From: Heteronotia binoei
Lineage: Eukaryota
Assembly (NCBI RefSeq): GCF_032191835.1
Contig: NC_083239.1
Span: 35,340,001-35,404,000, forward strand
Direction of reading: 5' to 3'
Length of the DNA stretch: 64,000 nucleotides
The notes beneath the pieces are model-generated. The model was not told where the DNA came from. It was given only the letters and a program-made list of their open reading frames with translations, and ran no database searches. This document shows, piece by piece, positions 24,060 to 36,903 of the stretch. Position 1 is the stretch's first letter, and every line of letters begins with the position of its first letter. Position numbers and translations under genes: made by a program.

Positions 24060-25270
24060 GTGCCATAGGGGACGGTTCTCTCCTCGATGTTGTTGAACAT
24101 CTACATGTGCCCCCTTGCCCAGATTGCCCAGTGGTTTGGGCTGGTATGTCATCAGTATGGAGATGACACCCAGCTCTATCTGTTGATGGGTGGCCAGTCC
24201 AACTCCTCCTCAGAAGATCTGACCATGGCACTACAAGCTGTGGAAGGTTGGCTCAGGCTGAGCAGACTGAAATTGAATCCGATGAAGACAGAGGTCCTGT
24301 ACCTAAGTCGTGGCAGTCTGAGAGCAGAGGTCTCACTACCGACCTTTGATGGAGCGCCACTTATGTTGGCACCCAAGGTTAAAAGCTTAGGGGTGCTCCT
24401 GGACTCCTCTTTAACAATGGAGGCTCAGGTGGCAGCCACTGCCAAATCAGCCTTTATCATCTTCGACTGATAAGGCAGTTGGTCCCTCACCTTGAACGCG
24501 ATGACTTGGTGACAGTAATTCCTGCCATGGTCACCTCAAGGTTGGATTACTGTAATGCCCTCTACATGGGGCTGCCCTTGTCTCACACCCGGAGGCTTCA
24601 ACTAGTGCAGAATGCTGCAGCCAGGCTATTAATGGGCCTCCCCTTGTGGGAGCACATTCAGCCTGCACTGAAAGCGCTGCACTGGTTGCTCATCGCATAC
24701 CGGATCTGTTTCAAGGTGCTGGTTCTTACCTTTAAAGCCCTATATGGCCAGGAACCTACATACCTTAGAGACCGCCTTTCCCCACATGTTCCCCGGAGAG
24801 CACTTCAGTCAGGATCACGAAACCTGCTGTCAATCCCTGGCCTAAAAGAGGCCAGGCTCATGACAACCAGAGCCAGGGCCTTTTCTGTTGCAGCCCCAAG
24901 CTGGTGGAATGAGCTCCCTGAGGAGGTTAGGGTCCTGCGATAGCTCACACAGTTCTGCAGGACCTGTAAAATGGAGTTCTTCCACCACGCATTTGGAGAT
25001 TAAGATCATTTGGCTGCAACAGACTCCGAAACAACTGGGCCACCTTGAACATGAACCTAAGATCAATCTTTCCATAAGAGGAAACTGGAACAACAAATGG
25101 AAACTCAAAGATCATTATAGCACCTGAAATGGTTATATGCTTTTATGTTTTTGTGTCTTCTTATATTTTAAATGTGGTTTTATGTTCCATGTATTCACAC
25201 AGCTATGTGAGCCACCCTGAGCCTGCTTTGCGGGGAGAGTGGGATATAAATTGAATAAAACAAACAAATA
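24060..25270 (+). mobile_element. L2 LINE 3' fragment (RT C-terminus)
   Basis: QYGDDTQLYL, LKLNPMKTEVL, SRLDYCNALYMGLP, ELPEEVR; AATAAA-rich tail. Confidence 0.85.
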
Positions 25271-25457
25271 AATAATAAACAAAGAAGAGTATATCATATG
25301 AAACCTGGAGGCATTGCATGAATATTAACCCATAAGATTTTAACAAGTACAGACAGGAGATTCTCAAAATGAATGAGCACAAATGCTATACTGATTTTTC
25401 CCCTGTCTGTATAATGGGAATTGGGCAAATGTTTTTCATAGGTACCCAAATACTTAC

Positions 25458-25505
25458 AGTACCCAACACTGCGTCTAAGTCATTGCTGACATACCAAACG
25501 TCCTC
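25458..25505 (-). CDS. Candidate exon EDVWYVSNDLDAVLGT (48 nt, phase 0)
   Basis: tattttattttaacag|...|gtaagtatttg; strong sites; open frame. Confidence 0.6.
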
Positions 25506-26034
25506 CTGTTAAAATAAAATACTTTGTGATTAGGGTCCTCTCCAAACATAGGTAATGAGACAGATTCTCTTTCAGAGGGTCAAGGACAAACTTAGGGTCC
25601 AAAACTATAAATGTCTTTTTAATGCTTTTCAGTGCTGTAGAAAGTACTGTCCAGGACTTTTTTTGTAGAAAAAGCCCAGCAGGAACTCATTTGTATATTA
25701 GGTCACACCCCCTGACAGCACCATTGTTTCACACAGGGCTTTCTTGTAGAAAAAGCCCAGCAGGGACTCATTTGCATATTTGGCAACACCCCCTGACACC
25801 AACTGTGTTCCTATGTGTTCATGCTAAAAAAAAAAAAAAAAAGCCCTGGTAGTGTCTATAAAGTATCTGCAAGGAGAATATGAGTTTGATTACATTAAAA
25901 AAATATGATCCAGTGAATACAAATAGTGAATTAATTAATCAAATTTATTTTCACTATTTTGAAAGGCTGATGAATAAATAGAGCCCAGGAGAGAGGCAAG
26001 AGTAAGCTAGCTGAATATAGAGAACATTAGATAA

Positions 26035-27404
26035 TGTTATGACCGCCCTGCACTTCTTAAGGCGACTTATGACGACTTATGGCAACCCCAGCCCCTCCTG
26101 CCGACTTTATTTCTTCCTTCTGGTTTTACCTCACGACTGCTGAGTAAAGGGGCTGGGTATAATAAGAATTTCTAGTCTCTTCGGGGTTCTCTTTTATTTT
26201 CAGATAGACGGATAACTATGTATGTAGGGGACCACTGCTGATTTGCTGCTGATTCCAAATACTCAGGCACCAGAGAACTTAACCACATATTTTTATTTAC
26301 ACACAGTCTTCAGCTGAGGGGAAGGGATGTATTTACATAGGCTATTTTGTATCTTGGATGAATAACAGTTGCTAAACAGTTCAGGCTTTACAATACAGAG
26401 GTTCATTGTGGTATCTCAGGGTCCACAGTTCTTATATTCTTCACTCTCCCAACTCTAATTAGGTTGGCCTCTTGGGCTTTATGTGTCTGGTTTCTTGAGT
26501 CGACTGGTGTGTCTGTTCCCAGCCCTCCTGACTCCCTCAGACCCACATCTTGTCAGACGCTGGAAAGCTTTACTGTTATGATATGATATTATGTTTAGAA
26601 TGCAATGTATAGCTTGACCTGACTAACTCCATCTTAGAACATTTGTTACTAGCCATGAAACAGAAACCTTGCATATCAAAGTAGAAGTGGAGATGTTACT
26701 AACCCCACTGTAAATTCCTGTCCTTGGTACTAACAAAAGCAACAACCCTTTGAAGATAAAACGCCTCAGGGAAAGCCAGCAGGGCTGTTCCGTGAGAATG
26801 AGAGCCACAATGAGATAAGAGAAAACTAAGGTGCTAAATGTATCACTATAGTGTGGCAATGTAGATTTGTTTAGAGAACGTTTGATGTACTTTGAGTTAA
26901 AACAGCCATGCTCCCTCCAAAGAGCATCAGTTCCAATGCATCTTTGTTCAGAACATTTGGATTATCAAATAAAGACTTAACATTGTAACAAATGAAGGTC
27001 CTCTTACTTTGAAGCTCCATCGTCTGACACATCTCTCTCTCAGCAACCTTGTTAGTTCTTAAGAGTAGTGTAAATATTTCTGTGACCACTCAGGTCTTTC
27101 ACTGTGACACTTGATTGTCACTCTCAGCCACCTGGCTGTCTCCACAGAGCTAACAGCGAGCTTCACTTCACCAGAAGTCTCTTCACAGCTCTCTGTATCA
27201 GCTCTCTCTTCAGTTCTCCTGCTGACCATATACTGCCCATTTCAACTATCTCCCTCTGACAGTTGCTGACAGTTGACTCTCCAGCCGTTATCTGTCACTC
27301 ACTCATCCTGAGAGTTCTGAGCACTTCAGCCCTCACCCTCAGATCACATGACTCAGACTCCCTGAGTCCTTAGCTTTTCTATTAACCCTTCCAATTCTGT
27401 CACA
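26035..27404 (-). mobile_element. Solo LTR (TG...CA) homologous to 36004-36903, containing a nested element
   Basis: Reverse complement aligns end to end with 36004-36903 except for a 479-bp insert. Confidence 0.7.
26551..27029. mobile_element. Nested solo LTR-like element with 9-bp inverted termini tgtcagacg/cgtctgaca and 5-bp TSD catct
   Basis: TSD at 26546-26550 and 27030-27034; absent from the 36 kb homolog. Confidence 0.75.
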
Positions 27405-28561
27405 AATGTTATAGGAGAAAATGCAAGATAAGGATGATGATATTCGATTTGTGCCCTGCCCTTCACTCTGAATCTCAGAGCCTCAGAGTGGCTTACAATC
27501 TCCTTTACCTTCCTCCTCCACAACAGACACCCTGTGAGGTAGATGGGGCTGAGAGAGCTCTCACAAAGCTGCCCTTTCAAACAGCTCTGCAAGAACTATG
27601 GCAGAACTCAAGGCCATTCCATTAGGAGTGGGGAATCAAACCCAGTTCTCCCAGATAAGAGTCTGTGCACTTAAACACTACACCAAACTGGCTATCAAAG
27701 AAAGGAAATTATAAGAGACAGTTCTATCAAGGACACAGGCAGTAGTGACTGGTACAGTCTCATCAGGATCAGAAACTGACATCCGTTTGATATCAAGAGT
27801 ATCAATCAGTATCAACATCACAACTTTACTGGCATAATGTATCATGATTACATAGTGGGTTTTGGCCACCAGGATTATTTCAGGGAGGACTACTTAAGCA
27901 GTTTAATTTAATGATATCCTGAAGTCAATAAATAGCCAAGAAGGAGAACCAAGGTTTTGAAATGTGTAACTTTAAACACTGAATACTGTAAGTTAGATAA
28001 TGTGCAATTATGCTGAATCTAATTTTTAGAAAACTCTCTGGGAACAGCAACTGAAATTACTTATTTGCTAAAAATCTGCATATTCTTGAGGTTTGGGAGA
28101 AAGCAGCACAGCAGATTTAATAGCTGCTCTAAATGTCTGATGAAAAAATATAAAGCAAGCTTGGTTTATGCATAGCTTAAAAAAAAAACAATTGTGCAAT
28201 TACAAACATATTCTGCAAAATCCTAGGTGTATTTGAAACAGTGGTCACTGTATTTAACATAACTTAAAGATCTTTCCATTTAGAAAAGTTTTTTAACATT
28301 TGAATCACATCCCTAAATGCAGAGCTCATTGTGTCAAAAGCAAGATAGCATGTTAGGCTGTTAGTTTGTTAAATGCTCTATAACCTCCCTTCCCCACCCA
28401 CAACACACACAGATGGATTTATAGTACAGTTTCAAACTCTTCCTTCTCCTCTTTTTCCTTGGTTAGTGGAAAGTACAAAGTGCCTTACAGGTTAGTTTTG
28501 TTTGGAGTGGGAGTATTCTGGAGACATCTGATGCTTTTGTAATTCCAGTTTCATTAGTTAC

Positions 28562-28579
28562 CTAATTTCCTACTCCATT
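28562..28579 (-). CDS. Candidate stop-containing exon NGVGN* (18 nt)
   Basis: caacaatttag|AATGGAGTAGGAAATTAG|gtaact; a similar ...GAAATTAG|gtaa occurs near 22576. Confidence 0.3.
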   Translation of the reverse strand, partial: NGVGN

Positions 28580-28951
28580 CTAAATTGTTGGTCACAAGAG
28601 AAAGGAGGGTGAGAAGGATGCTGACTTCTGTATGAAGTTAAGTATCAAACTATTTCGCACCAGATAACATCAGATACATCTTAGCTCCAGCAGCCTATCT
28701 TATGTCACTGGAGTCCCCTACCTGTCAAAGAGCATTTTCTCTAACTAGATAATATGTACTCCCTTTGGCAGTGCTGGAAGTTAAGGTATAGAAAGACTCC
28801 TTTGTTAGAAAGGGTCTGTCACTGTGGTGCTGTCATAGCACCAACTGACAATTTGGTGAACAGAAACAACTGACCATTTTTGTTCTCTTGTCAGTTTTAC
28901 CAGGAAATACATGCTAAGTTTATTCTCCCTCTGGTCAGGAAGTTTCCTTAC

Positions 28952-28966
28952 TGTTCTGACTCTGAG
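28952..28966 (-). CDS. Candidate micro-exon LRVRT (15 nt)
   Basis: agcttccttaacag|...|gtaagg. Confidence 0.35.
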
Positions 28967-29343
28967 CTGTTAAGGAAGCTTCTAATGGACATTAACGTGC
29001 AGACAACAGCTTCTTGCACAAGTTTTTTTTTTTTGCTGCTGCCTGTAAAGTTCACAAGGATATTGTATGTAATACTTTAGTTTCTTAAAATCACTCGTCT
29101 CACTTGTAACTGTCTATTTTAATTTGTTTGTATATCCCATTTGACAGATGAACCACTTTTAAAATTCTGAGCAGTGTGTATAATGATCGGTGCTGGCTGT
29201 AGACCATAAGCCGCCCTGAGCCCGCCTCGGTGGGGTAGGGCGGGATATAAATCGATATAAATCGAATAAAAATAAATAAGAAATAAATTGATTGTATGAC
29301 ATTAGGAGATATGGCCTAATATGCAAATGAGCTCCTGCTGGGC

Positions 29344-29422
<79 letters not shown>
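29344..29422. repeat. (TATC)n tetranucleotide microsatellite
   Basis: About 19 perfect units read directly. Confidence 0.95.
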
Positions 29423-30196
29423 GTAGGCATGCTGGCTCTGGCTTGGTTTTGTGAAGGAAACAGGCTATTAAAAAGCCTGCAGCCTGTTTTGGACACTTGC
29501 TTCCAGCAGGGTATAAATATATATATGAACATATGAAGCTGCCTTATACTGAATCAGACCCTTGGTCCATCAAAGTCAGTATTGTCTTCTCAGATTGGCA
29601 GCGACTCTCCAGGGTCTCAGGCTGAGGTTTTTCACACCTATTTGCCTGGACCCTTTTTGGGAGATGCCAGAGATTGAACCTGGGACCTTCTGCTTCCCAA
29701 GCAGATGCTCTACCACTGAGCCACCGTCCCTCCCAATCTCCTTGTTGGGGGCAGGAAGCCTTTATAGAATTCTGGAAATGCATTGGAAACTTGAGAGAGT
29801 TGCCTTGATATAGCGATAATGTGCAATATCTACAATGTACCTGTTAAAAAGGCTGAATTTCTGGATTTTAAAAAATTATCCCTTCATACTTCAATTCTTA
29901 TTCTTGTCAGACAGGGCAAATGCAAACCCTCTCCTCCCCCCCCCCTTTTTTTTAACAAATACAAACATACATTGAACTAGAGTTACTTTGAAGTGATCCC
30001 CTAAGGATGACAAAAGCATTATTATCTCAACACCATCTCCAGAGAATAGAACAAAAATGCCCAGTTATTTAGCTCAGGGTTCTTTCATAAGCAGCCTTTT
30101 GTGTCCATACCTGATATATGAAGATGAATATCTCTGAGGATAAATATTAATGAAACACATCATGTGCTACCCGTCAGAGTACAAGGCAGCCCTTAC

Positions 30197-30265
30197 CTCT
30201 TGTCCCTTGACCTCTAAACAAAGGACAGAGATGAGAAGAATGGCAGCTGCAGCCTGAAGTTTCAT
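30197..30265 (-). CDS. Signal-peptide exon of secreted-protein gene 2: MKLQAAAAILLISVLCLEVKGQE
   Basis: aagATG, hydrophobic core, V-K-G motif, donor gag|gtaagg; 69 nt like the paralog at 2452-2520. Confidence 0.8.
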
Positions 30266-30336
30266 CTTGGTTTCTCTTCGGTGTCTTTCAAGAATAAGCA
30301 AACCAGTGTGAAGAAAAGGGATGTTTAGCAGCTGTT

Positions 30337-30342
30337 TTTATA
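30337..30342 (-). promoter_or_regulatory. TATAAA box upstream of gene 2
   Basis: Same position relative to the ATG as in gene 1. Confidence 0.55.
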
Positions 30343-30420
30343 TCATGGAATGTCAAGCCTTGATGCTAAAATACAACACTTCCATGCTCTAGGGTCTATC
30401 AATTTTGCAATCAGGAAAGG

Positions 30421-31900
30421 TTAGCCCTCATCCTGTGCCAGGTAAATATTAATTGCAAAACCAAGAGGCCAGCTTGGTGCCAATGGCATGGCTTTTCCTG
30501 GGTTGAGTTTTGCAGGTCTGTTTCCACTGGCCTGTGCCAGAACAAAGTGACCCCAGGGCAATGGCCCCAAGGTTGTCTGCTGAGATGGAGCAGAATGTGA
30601 AGCTACCTGGGCATTTACAGCCAGGGAAAACTGCACAGACCCCCACAAATAAGACTGGCCCGGAGCCTGAACAGCCGCACCCTGTGAAGAACCAACCAAG
30701 CCAGGGTGTCCCCCCCATCATGCTCGGTCCCGCCATAAGACTAAGTGGTGGAGGTTGTCCCCAAAGGCTCCCATGGCCATTCCCCTACGTTTCGCTGTGT
30801 GGTGTGTTTACCTTCAGAGTTAGCCGCTGTGACCACTACTGCCACAGGTGCCGGGGCCGACAGCCACCCCAACGCTGCCCCAGAGCCTTGGCCGCCATCC
30901 TCCTCTTCAGAGCCTTGGTCCTCCTCGACCACCGGGATGTGGCTTGGGCCTTCACTCCCATCATCCTGGCCAGTCTGCCCTGCAAAGCAGACAAACAAGC
31001 CAGAACCTCCTTCTCAAAGGCCCAGGTGGATGTCCTGGCCGCCTTGTGGCTCCTGGCCTGCTGTGAAGGCCTCACCTCACAGCCCCCCTGCCTCTCCAAC
31101 TGGTTGATGATGGCCTTCCTTGTACGGACCTCCTTCTCTTCCCCCGGGGCATGGGGTAGAGGCCTCTTATTGGGGGGTCTCCAAAGTGGCTGCTTGCCTT
31201 TGGGCGGGCCCTGTCCCTTCTTTGAGCCCATCTTGCTCAAAACCAGTCTAAAACCCCCTTTCAGATAGCCCTCTCCCGGGCCTGATTTAAACTCCCACTG
31301 GGTCGTTAACCCCAAGGCGATAAAGGCCAACAGGCTGATGGCTGGAGCCTCGTGGGGCTCTGGATGAGCCGCGGAGCAGTGGAGAGAAAAGGGGGTGTTC
31401 ACCAGCTCCCTAGGGGGAGAAGCCTCCCGTGAAGGTCTCTGCTGCCGCGGCCCAACTCTGTCCCTCCGAGGCATCGCTCTAATGAGTGCCCACAAGCCGC
31501 TGCTTGGCCCAAGTGCCGCACCAAAAGCTCCTTCTTCACTGTGTCCTGAAGCTGCGCCACTCCAAGCCACCACTGCTGGGCCAGCCCTCCAACGCTGCCC
31601 GTTCTTGGCGTGAAGGGAGAGAGCACTCTGAATCTCTCCTTGGCAAGAATGGAGTGGGAACTGCGTGGTTGGGGGCGTGGCTGGGGTTAATAAAACCCCA
31701 GCACTCTGCCCCCCAACCAGTCCCCACATGGTTGGAAAGGCCTGTTAGCCTCCCATCCTTCCGGGGAGACAAACATGGCCTCCACCCTAAGCCGACGAAA
31801 CGTCGGCACGGTCGGGAGGGGCCACAATATGTGTGCCTGTTATTGTTTACAATTTTGTGGAGGTCTAAGATTTGGTGTTACTTTTATTTATATTTCTTGG
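30421..31900 (-). mobile_element. GC-rich retroelement-like fragment (possibly DIRS/Ngaro-type ORF1 region); GC-rich blocks of similar character near 58450-59100 and 63545-64000
   Basis: Abrupt GC shift and overlapping Pro/Arg/Ser-rich ORFs (MGSKKGQGPPKGKQPL...); family not recognised with certainty. Confidence 0.3.
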
Positions 31901-31942
31901 TTCTGTACCAAGACCTCTCTTTCCTTTTCTGTTTTTTTTTTC

Positions 31943-33056
31943 CATAAGAACATAAGAGAAGCCATGTTGGATCAGGCCAATGGCCCATCCAGTCCAACAC
32001 TCTGTATCACACAGTGGCCAAAATACACACACACACACAGTGGCTAATAGCCACTGATGGACCTCTGCTCCATATTTTTATCCAATCCCCTCTTTAAACT
32101 GGCTATGCTTGTAGCCGCCACCACCTCTTGTAGCAGTGAATTCCACATGTTAATCACCCTTTGGGTGAAGAAGTACTTCCTTTTATCCATTCTAACCTGA
32201 CTGCTCAGCAATTTCATTGAATGTCCACAAGTTCTTGTATTGTGAGAAAGGGAGAAAAGGACTTCTTTCTCTACTTTCTCCATCCCATGCACAATCTTGT
32301 AAACATCTATCATGTCAACATTTCTCCAAGCTAAAGAGCCCCAAGCATTTTAACCTTTCTTCATAGGGAAAGTGTTCCAAACCTTTAATCATTCTAGTTG
32401 CCCTTTTCTGCACTTTTTCCAATGCTATAATATCCTTTTTGAGGTGCGGTGACCAGAATTGCACACAGTACTCCAAATGAGACTGCACCATCGATTTATA
32501 CAGGGGCATTATGGTACTGGCTGATTTGTTTTCATTTCCCTTCCTAATAATTCCCAGCATGGCGTTGGCCATTTTTATTACTGTCTTGACATTTTCAGTG
32601 AGTTATTTACCACGACCCCAAGATCTCTCTCTTGGTCAGTCTCTGTCAGTTCACAACCCATCAACTTGTATTTGTAGCTGGGATTCTTGGCCCCAATGTG
32701 CATTACTTTGCACTTGGCCATATTGAACCTCATCTGCCACGTTGATGCCCACTCACCCAGCCTCAACAGATCCCTTTGGAGTGCCTCACAATCCTCTCTG
32801 GTTCTCACCACCCTGAACAATTTAGTGTCATCTGCAGACTTGGCCACTTCACTGCTCACTCCCAACGCTAAATCATTTATGAACAAGTTAAAGAGCATGG
32901 GACCCAGTACTGAGCCCTGTGGCACCCCACTGCTTACCGTCTTCCACTGCAAAGACTGCCCATTTATACTCATTCTCTACTTCCTATTAATTAGTCAGTT
33001 TTTGATCCACAAGAGGACCCGTCCTTTTACTCCATGACTCTCGAGCTTACTAAGGA
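31943..33056 (-). mobile_element. CR1 LINE 3' fragment
   Basis: SGVPQGSVLGPMLFNLFINDL, (F)ADDTKLF, SHLEYCVQFWSPHLKKDI; (cataagaa) tail. Confidence 0.9.
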
Positions 33057-35199
33057 CTGAACCAGACCATTAAGGACAGTATTTCTACTCAGTCTAGCAC
33101 CAACTAGCCTCTAGCAAAGGTTTTTCCTAACACCAGTTACTGTATCCTTTTAACTTCATATGTCAGGGACTGAACCTAGGACATTTTGCATAAGATGCTG
33201 GCACCAGCTCTGCTTAAGGAGCTATACATCATTTTGTGTCATTTTTTAACATAACACAACAAGAAGCTTTCTTTTGCATCACCATACAATGGACAGTGTA
33301 TCTTCAGCCTCCAGGCTCCGAGGTAATGTCAAAGTGTAAACAGCCACATCAATGCTATGATCTCATCTTCCTCTAACCATTAAAGGGATCCTTTGTTCAC
33401 AAGAAGGGAGCAGGGACAGATGGAACAGCCTGGGGCAACACAGGTTTCCTGAGTTTATAGGGATGCATCAATGTATCTACTGTTTTCGCTACCTAAGACA
33501 GGGCCTCCAACCTTCTTCAGTCTGTGTGCCCCTTTGGAATTCTGACACAGGGAAGGCAGAACCAGCCACAAAATGGCTGCTGAAGGAGATGCAAGAGTAT
33601 TTTTGTTTTTTAAAAAATACACTGTGGTGTTATCTACAGCGGAAACAATGTCATTATAATTTACAAAACCAATCATATCTCTAATGGCCAATCAGAAAAC
33701 CTGTTGGGATTAAGCCCCACCCATTTTCTAATAACACTCAGTGAGCAGTAGGATCGACAGGTATTTTTCTGTTGAAAAAGCCCAGAAGTAATAATTTGCA
33801 TATTATGCCACACTTCATGACATCACCATTGTTTTGCCTATTAGGCCACACCCCCAGAAGCAATTATAAAGCAAAGTTTGTTAGACATTGAATGCCAGGG
33901 CGACATTAGTTCAACTGCATTCCTGCTGAAAAAAAGCCCTGAGAATAGAAGTTGTCAGGTGCCATGGGGACCCTGATTTAAGAAATTATTTCAATCTGCC
34001 TTTTCCAGAGAGGAAAAAAAATTGCAGAAAAAAGAAACAAAATATATCAAAACAATTAATAGGGTATATTTGCTTAGTGACAAGTTTTCCAATATTTCAA
34101 ATATTTGGATGTTTAATCTGGCTTCTGAATACATTTAAAATCACCCCTGCATTGATGTACTCATATGTGGCGTTTCAGAGCCATTCTAACTAAGCATTAG
34201 GCCTCTAGATGAAACAGGATTGTATACAGAGAACAGTGGATCTAAAGAGAACTGTCTTGTTGGATTAGAGAACAATATTTGGATCATGTCCTGTTGAGCC
34301 CGTGGTTAACAGGATTATGAAAATGAGAGCTATCAGTTAATTAAAATGAATTGGAGCTATGTAAAAAAAAAGGGGGGAACAGACCAACATTTGCCTTAAC
34401 CAGACACTTAAGATGTTTGAGGGTGTTGGATTCCATCAACAAATGTTAGTGTTTCTGTACATGTGCTTGCCTTGTAAGCAGGAGGATGAGAGAGGGTGAA
34501 TGTTGCTGCTGAATAGGTTAACAAGATATTTTGCTTGGTAATCACATTTGCACTATGGCCACAATTATTTAAAAATCTCCTAATGGCTTGGAAGATGAGG
34601 CTGATAGTCTATCCCAAGGCCATTGTCAATTATTAAGACTGCAATTTCCTTCCCTCCAGAAGTGAAGTGGAAATTGTTATTTGATTTGCACTTAGGTCGG
34701 TAAGATCTGTCTCTTTTTAGTAGTAATATTATTTTGCACTAGGGAATAGGCAAAAGCAATTATAAAGCAAAGTTTGTTAGACATTGAATGCCAGGGCGAC
34801 ATTAGTTCAACACCCAGTTTTTTAGAGCACTTGCGATATGTTGTCACCTTGGCTGCTCATCTCTCATTATCGGAGATTCTGGGCCAAAGAAGGGCATTCT
34901 CCTTAACTAGATGGAGAGCACTCCCCTTTTGAGCTGGTGGAGGGGTGATATATAAAGACTCCTATGCTGGAAAGGATTTGCCTCTTCGACATTGGAGAAG
35001 TTGAAACTTCAGAACATATTTTACTCTATTGGCCACTCTATCAAGAAATTTGCTAAAGAGATCATTTGCCCTCTGCTCAGAAGGTATCCTAGCCTCTCTG
35101 TCTTATAGCTTATAGGATCTTTCTTATGGGTGTTAACCCTCAGGTCACAGCACTCAGTGCAAGATTCTTCACAACTGCCTGCAAAATCTGCCAGGAAAT

Positions 35200-35900
35200 C
35201 TCACAACCTAAATAAGAATTTTAACATCTTAGAAACCCCATCTCTTTGCCCAGGTTGCCCTACTAGAAAAAAATTAAATTGATGTATCATTATAAGAATT
35301 ACAATTTTTAAGAACGACATTTCCTTTTTTTTCTTTGTACAATTTTGTTGTTTTATAAGAACTGTAGTCATGCGACTGGTGTTGGTTATAGACTGTATTA
35401 ATAAACTTGAAAGAGGCATTCCTAGTTTTGTTGTTGTTGTCAAATGTCATCAGTCTATCTCTGCAGACTCGGCATGTTGTGACAATTTCTTAATTCTGAA
35501 AACTTCTATGGTGATCTGAGCCTATTATGTCAGTAAATCAATCCTAGCAACATTGTTTCAAGTCTTCACTTTTTTTCTTCAAAGCCTCTATTTTAATATT
35601 TCTTTCAGTCTTATTACCCACATCCTCTATTTTGTCGTCCAGCTCTTGAATTTTATTATTTATTTCACTTACAATCTTGTTTTATGAGTCTTAGCAGGTT
35701 GTTCCAACATCTCACCCCTAGTGTTTATTTCTGAAAGAGTTATTTTGGCCTCCTTCATTTCTTGAATGTTTCTACAGGGTTTGGGGTTTTTTTTCCCCTT
35801 TGATTTTCACCTTTTGTCCAAAAGTTCAATATAATACTCTTTTTCAAGCCTAGATTCATCAAACTTGGATAATATATGTGCTTCAGACTTCTGGAATTCT
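35200..35900 (-). mobile_element. Highly degenerate A-rich fragment, possibly L1-type ORF1
   Basis: Minus strand reads coiled-coil-like NNKIQELDDKIEDG with many stops. Confidence 0.25.
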
Positions 35901-36003
35901 GGCAGAAAGGGAATTCTCATATTCTCATTGATAGAGCTATTGATTTTTTCCCTAAAGGCAAATCACTTTGCCTCCTAGCCATAGCTAATATTGGTTATGC
36001 ATC

Positions 36004-36903
36004 TGTGACGGTAAGGTATGGGTTAAACATAAAACCAAGGATGCACAGAGCCTGCGTCAGGTGACCTGAGGGTGGGGGCCAGAGTGCTCAGAACTCTCCG
36101 TGTGTGAGATTGACAGCTAACAGCTGAGGAGAGTCAGTTAGTTGTCTGACAGAGGCTGAGAGAGTCAGTTGGTGCCTGACAGAGCCTGAGAGAGTTGGTC
36201 TTTGAGAGAGTTGAGACAGTGGCTGAGGAGAGAAGAAAAGCTGACTGCTAGCTCTATGAAAACAGCAAGGGACTGTGGGTGAGTAAAAGGAAGAGTCACC
36301 GTGAAGACCTGAACGGTCACAGACACATACATATCTCTTAAGAGCTAGAGAGGTGGTTGAGGGAATAGATGTGGGTCTAAGAGTCTGAAGGGCTGGGAGT
36401 AGAGGCTCCAGTCGACTTGAGAGATTTGGCACATTACACCTAAGAGGCCAGCCTTTGCTAGAGTTGGAGAGTGTATAATATAAGATCTGTAAAGCCAGAG
36501 AGACCTAAGAGAAAGAAAACATATTCTAAAGCCTGAAACAACTGAGCAACTTGTTAACTGTGTGAGATACTTTATAGCCCATGTATATATCTCCCATTAC
36601 CCCAGTTTAAGTCTTTGTGTTATAATAAATATCTGTGGTTTACGTTAAACTTCTCTGGTGCCTTTAATTTGGGAAAACTGTCAAAACTGCTGTGGTCCCC
36701 TATGAAGTGCATTGTATATCCATCTGAAAACAAATACCCCGAAGAGACTTGTACAGAGAAATCCATATCATACCCACCCCTTGAGTTCTATAGTCCTGAG
36801 GGAAAAGTTTTAAAAGGAAGAACTGAGGAGAAAGAGGGGCTGGGGTAGCCATAAACAGCACATAAAAGCGATCCAGTGGGACCGTGAGGTGGGTGCTGTT
36901 ATA
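36004..36903 (+). mobile_element. Solo LTR (~900 bp) with 5-bp TSD gcatc
   Basis: tgtgac start; TSD at 35999-36003 and 36904-36908; homologous to 26035-27404. Confidence 0.7.

Noticed and set aside
30449-31947. Several long overlapping ORFs (252 and 297 aa) as a host gene
   Set aside because: GC-rich low-complexity block with ORFs in many frames, no splice structure and no recognisable domain; better explained as a TE fragment.
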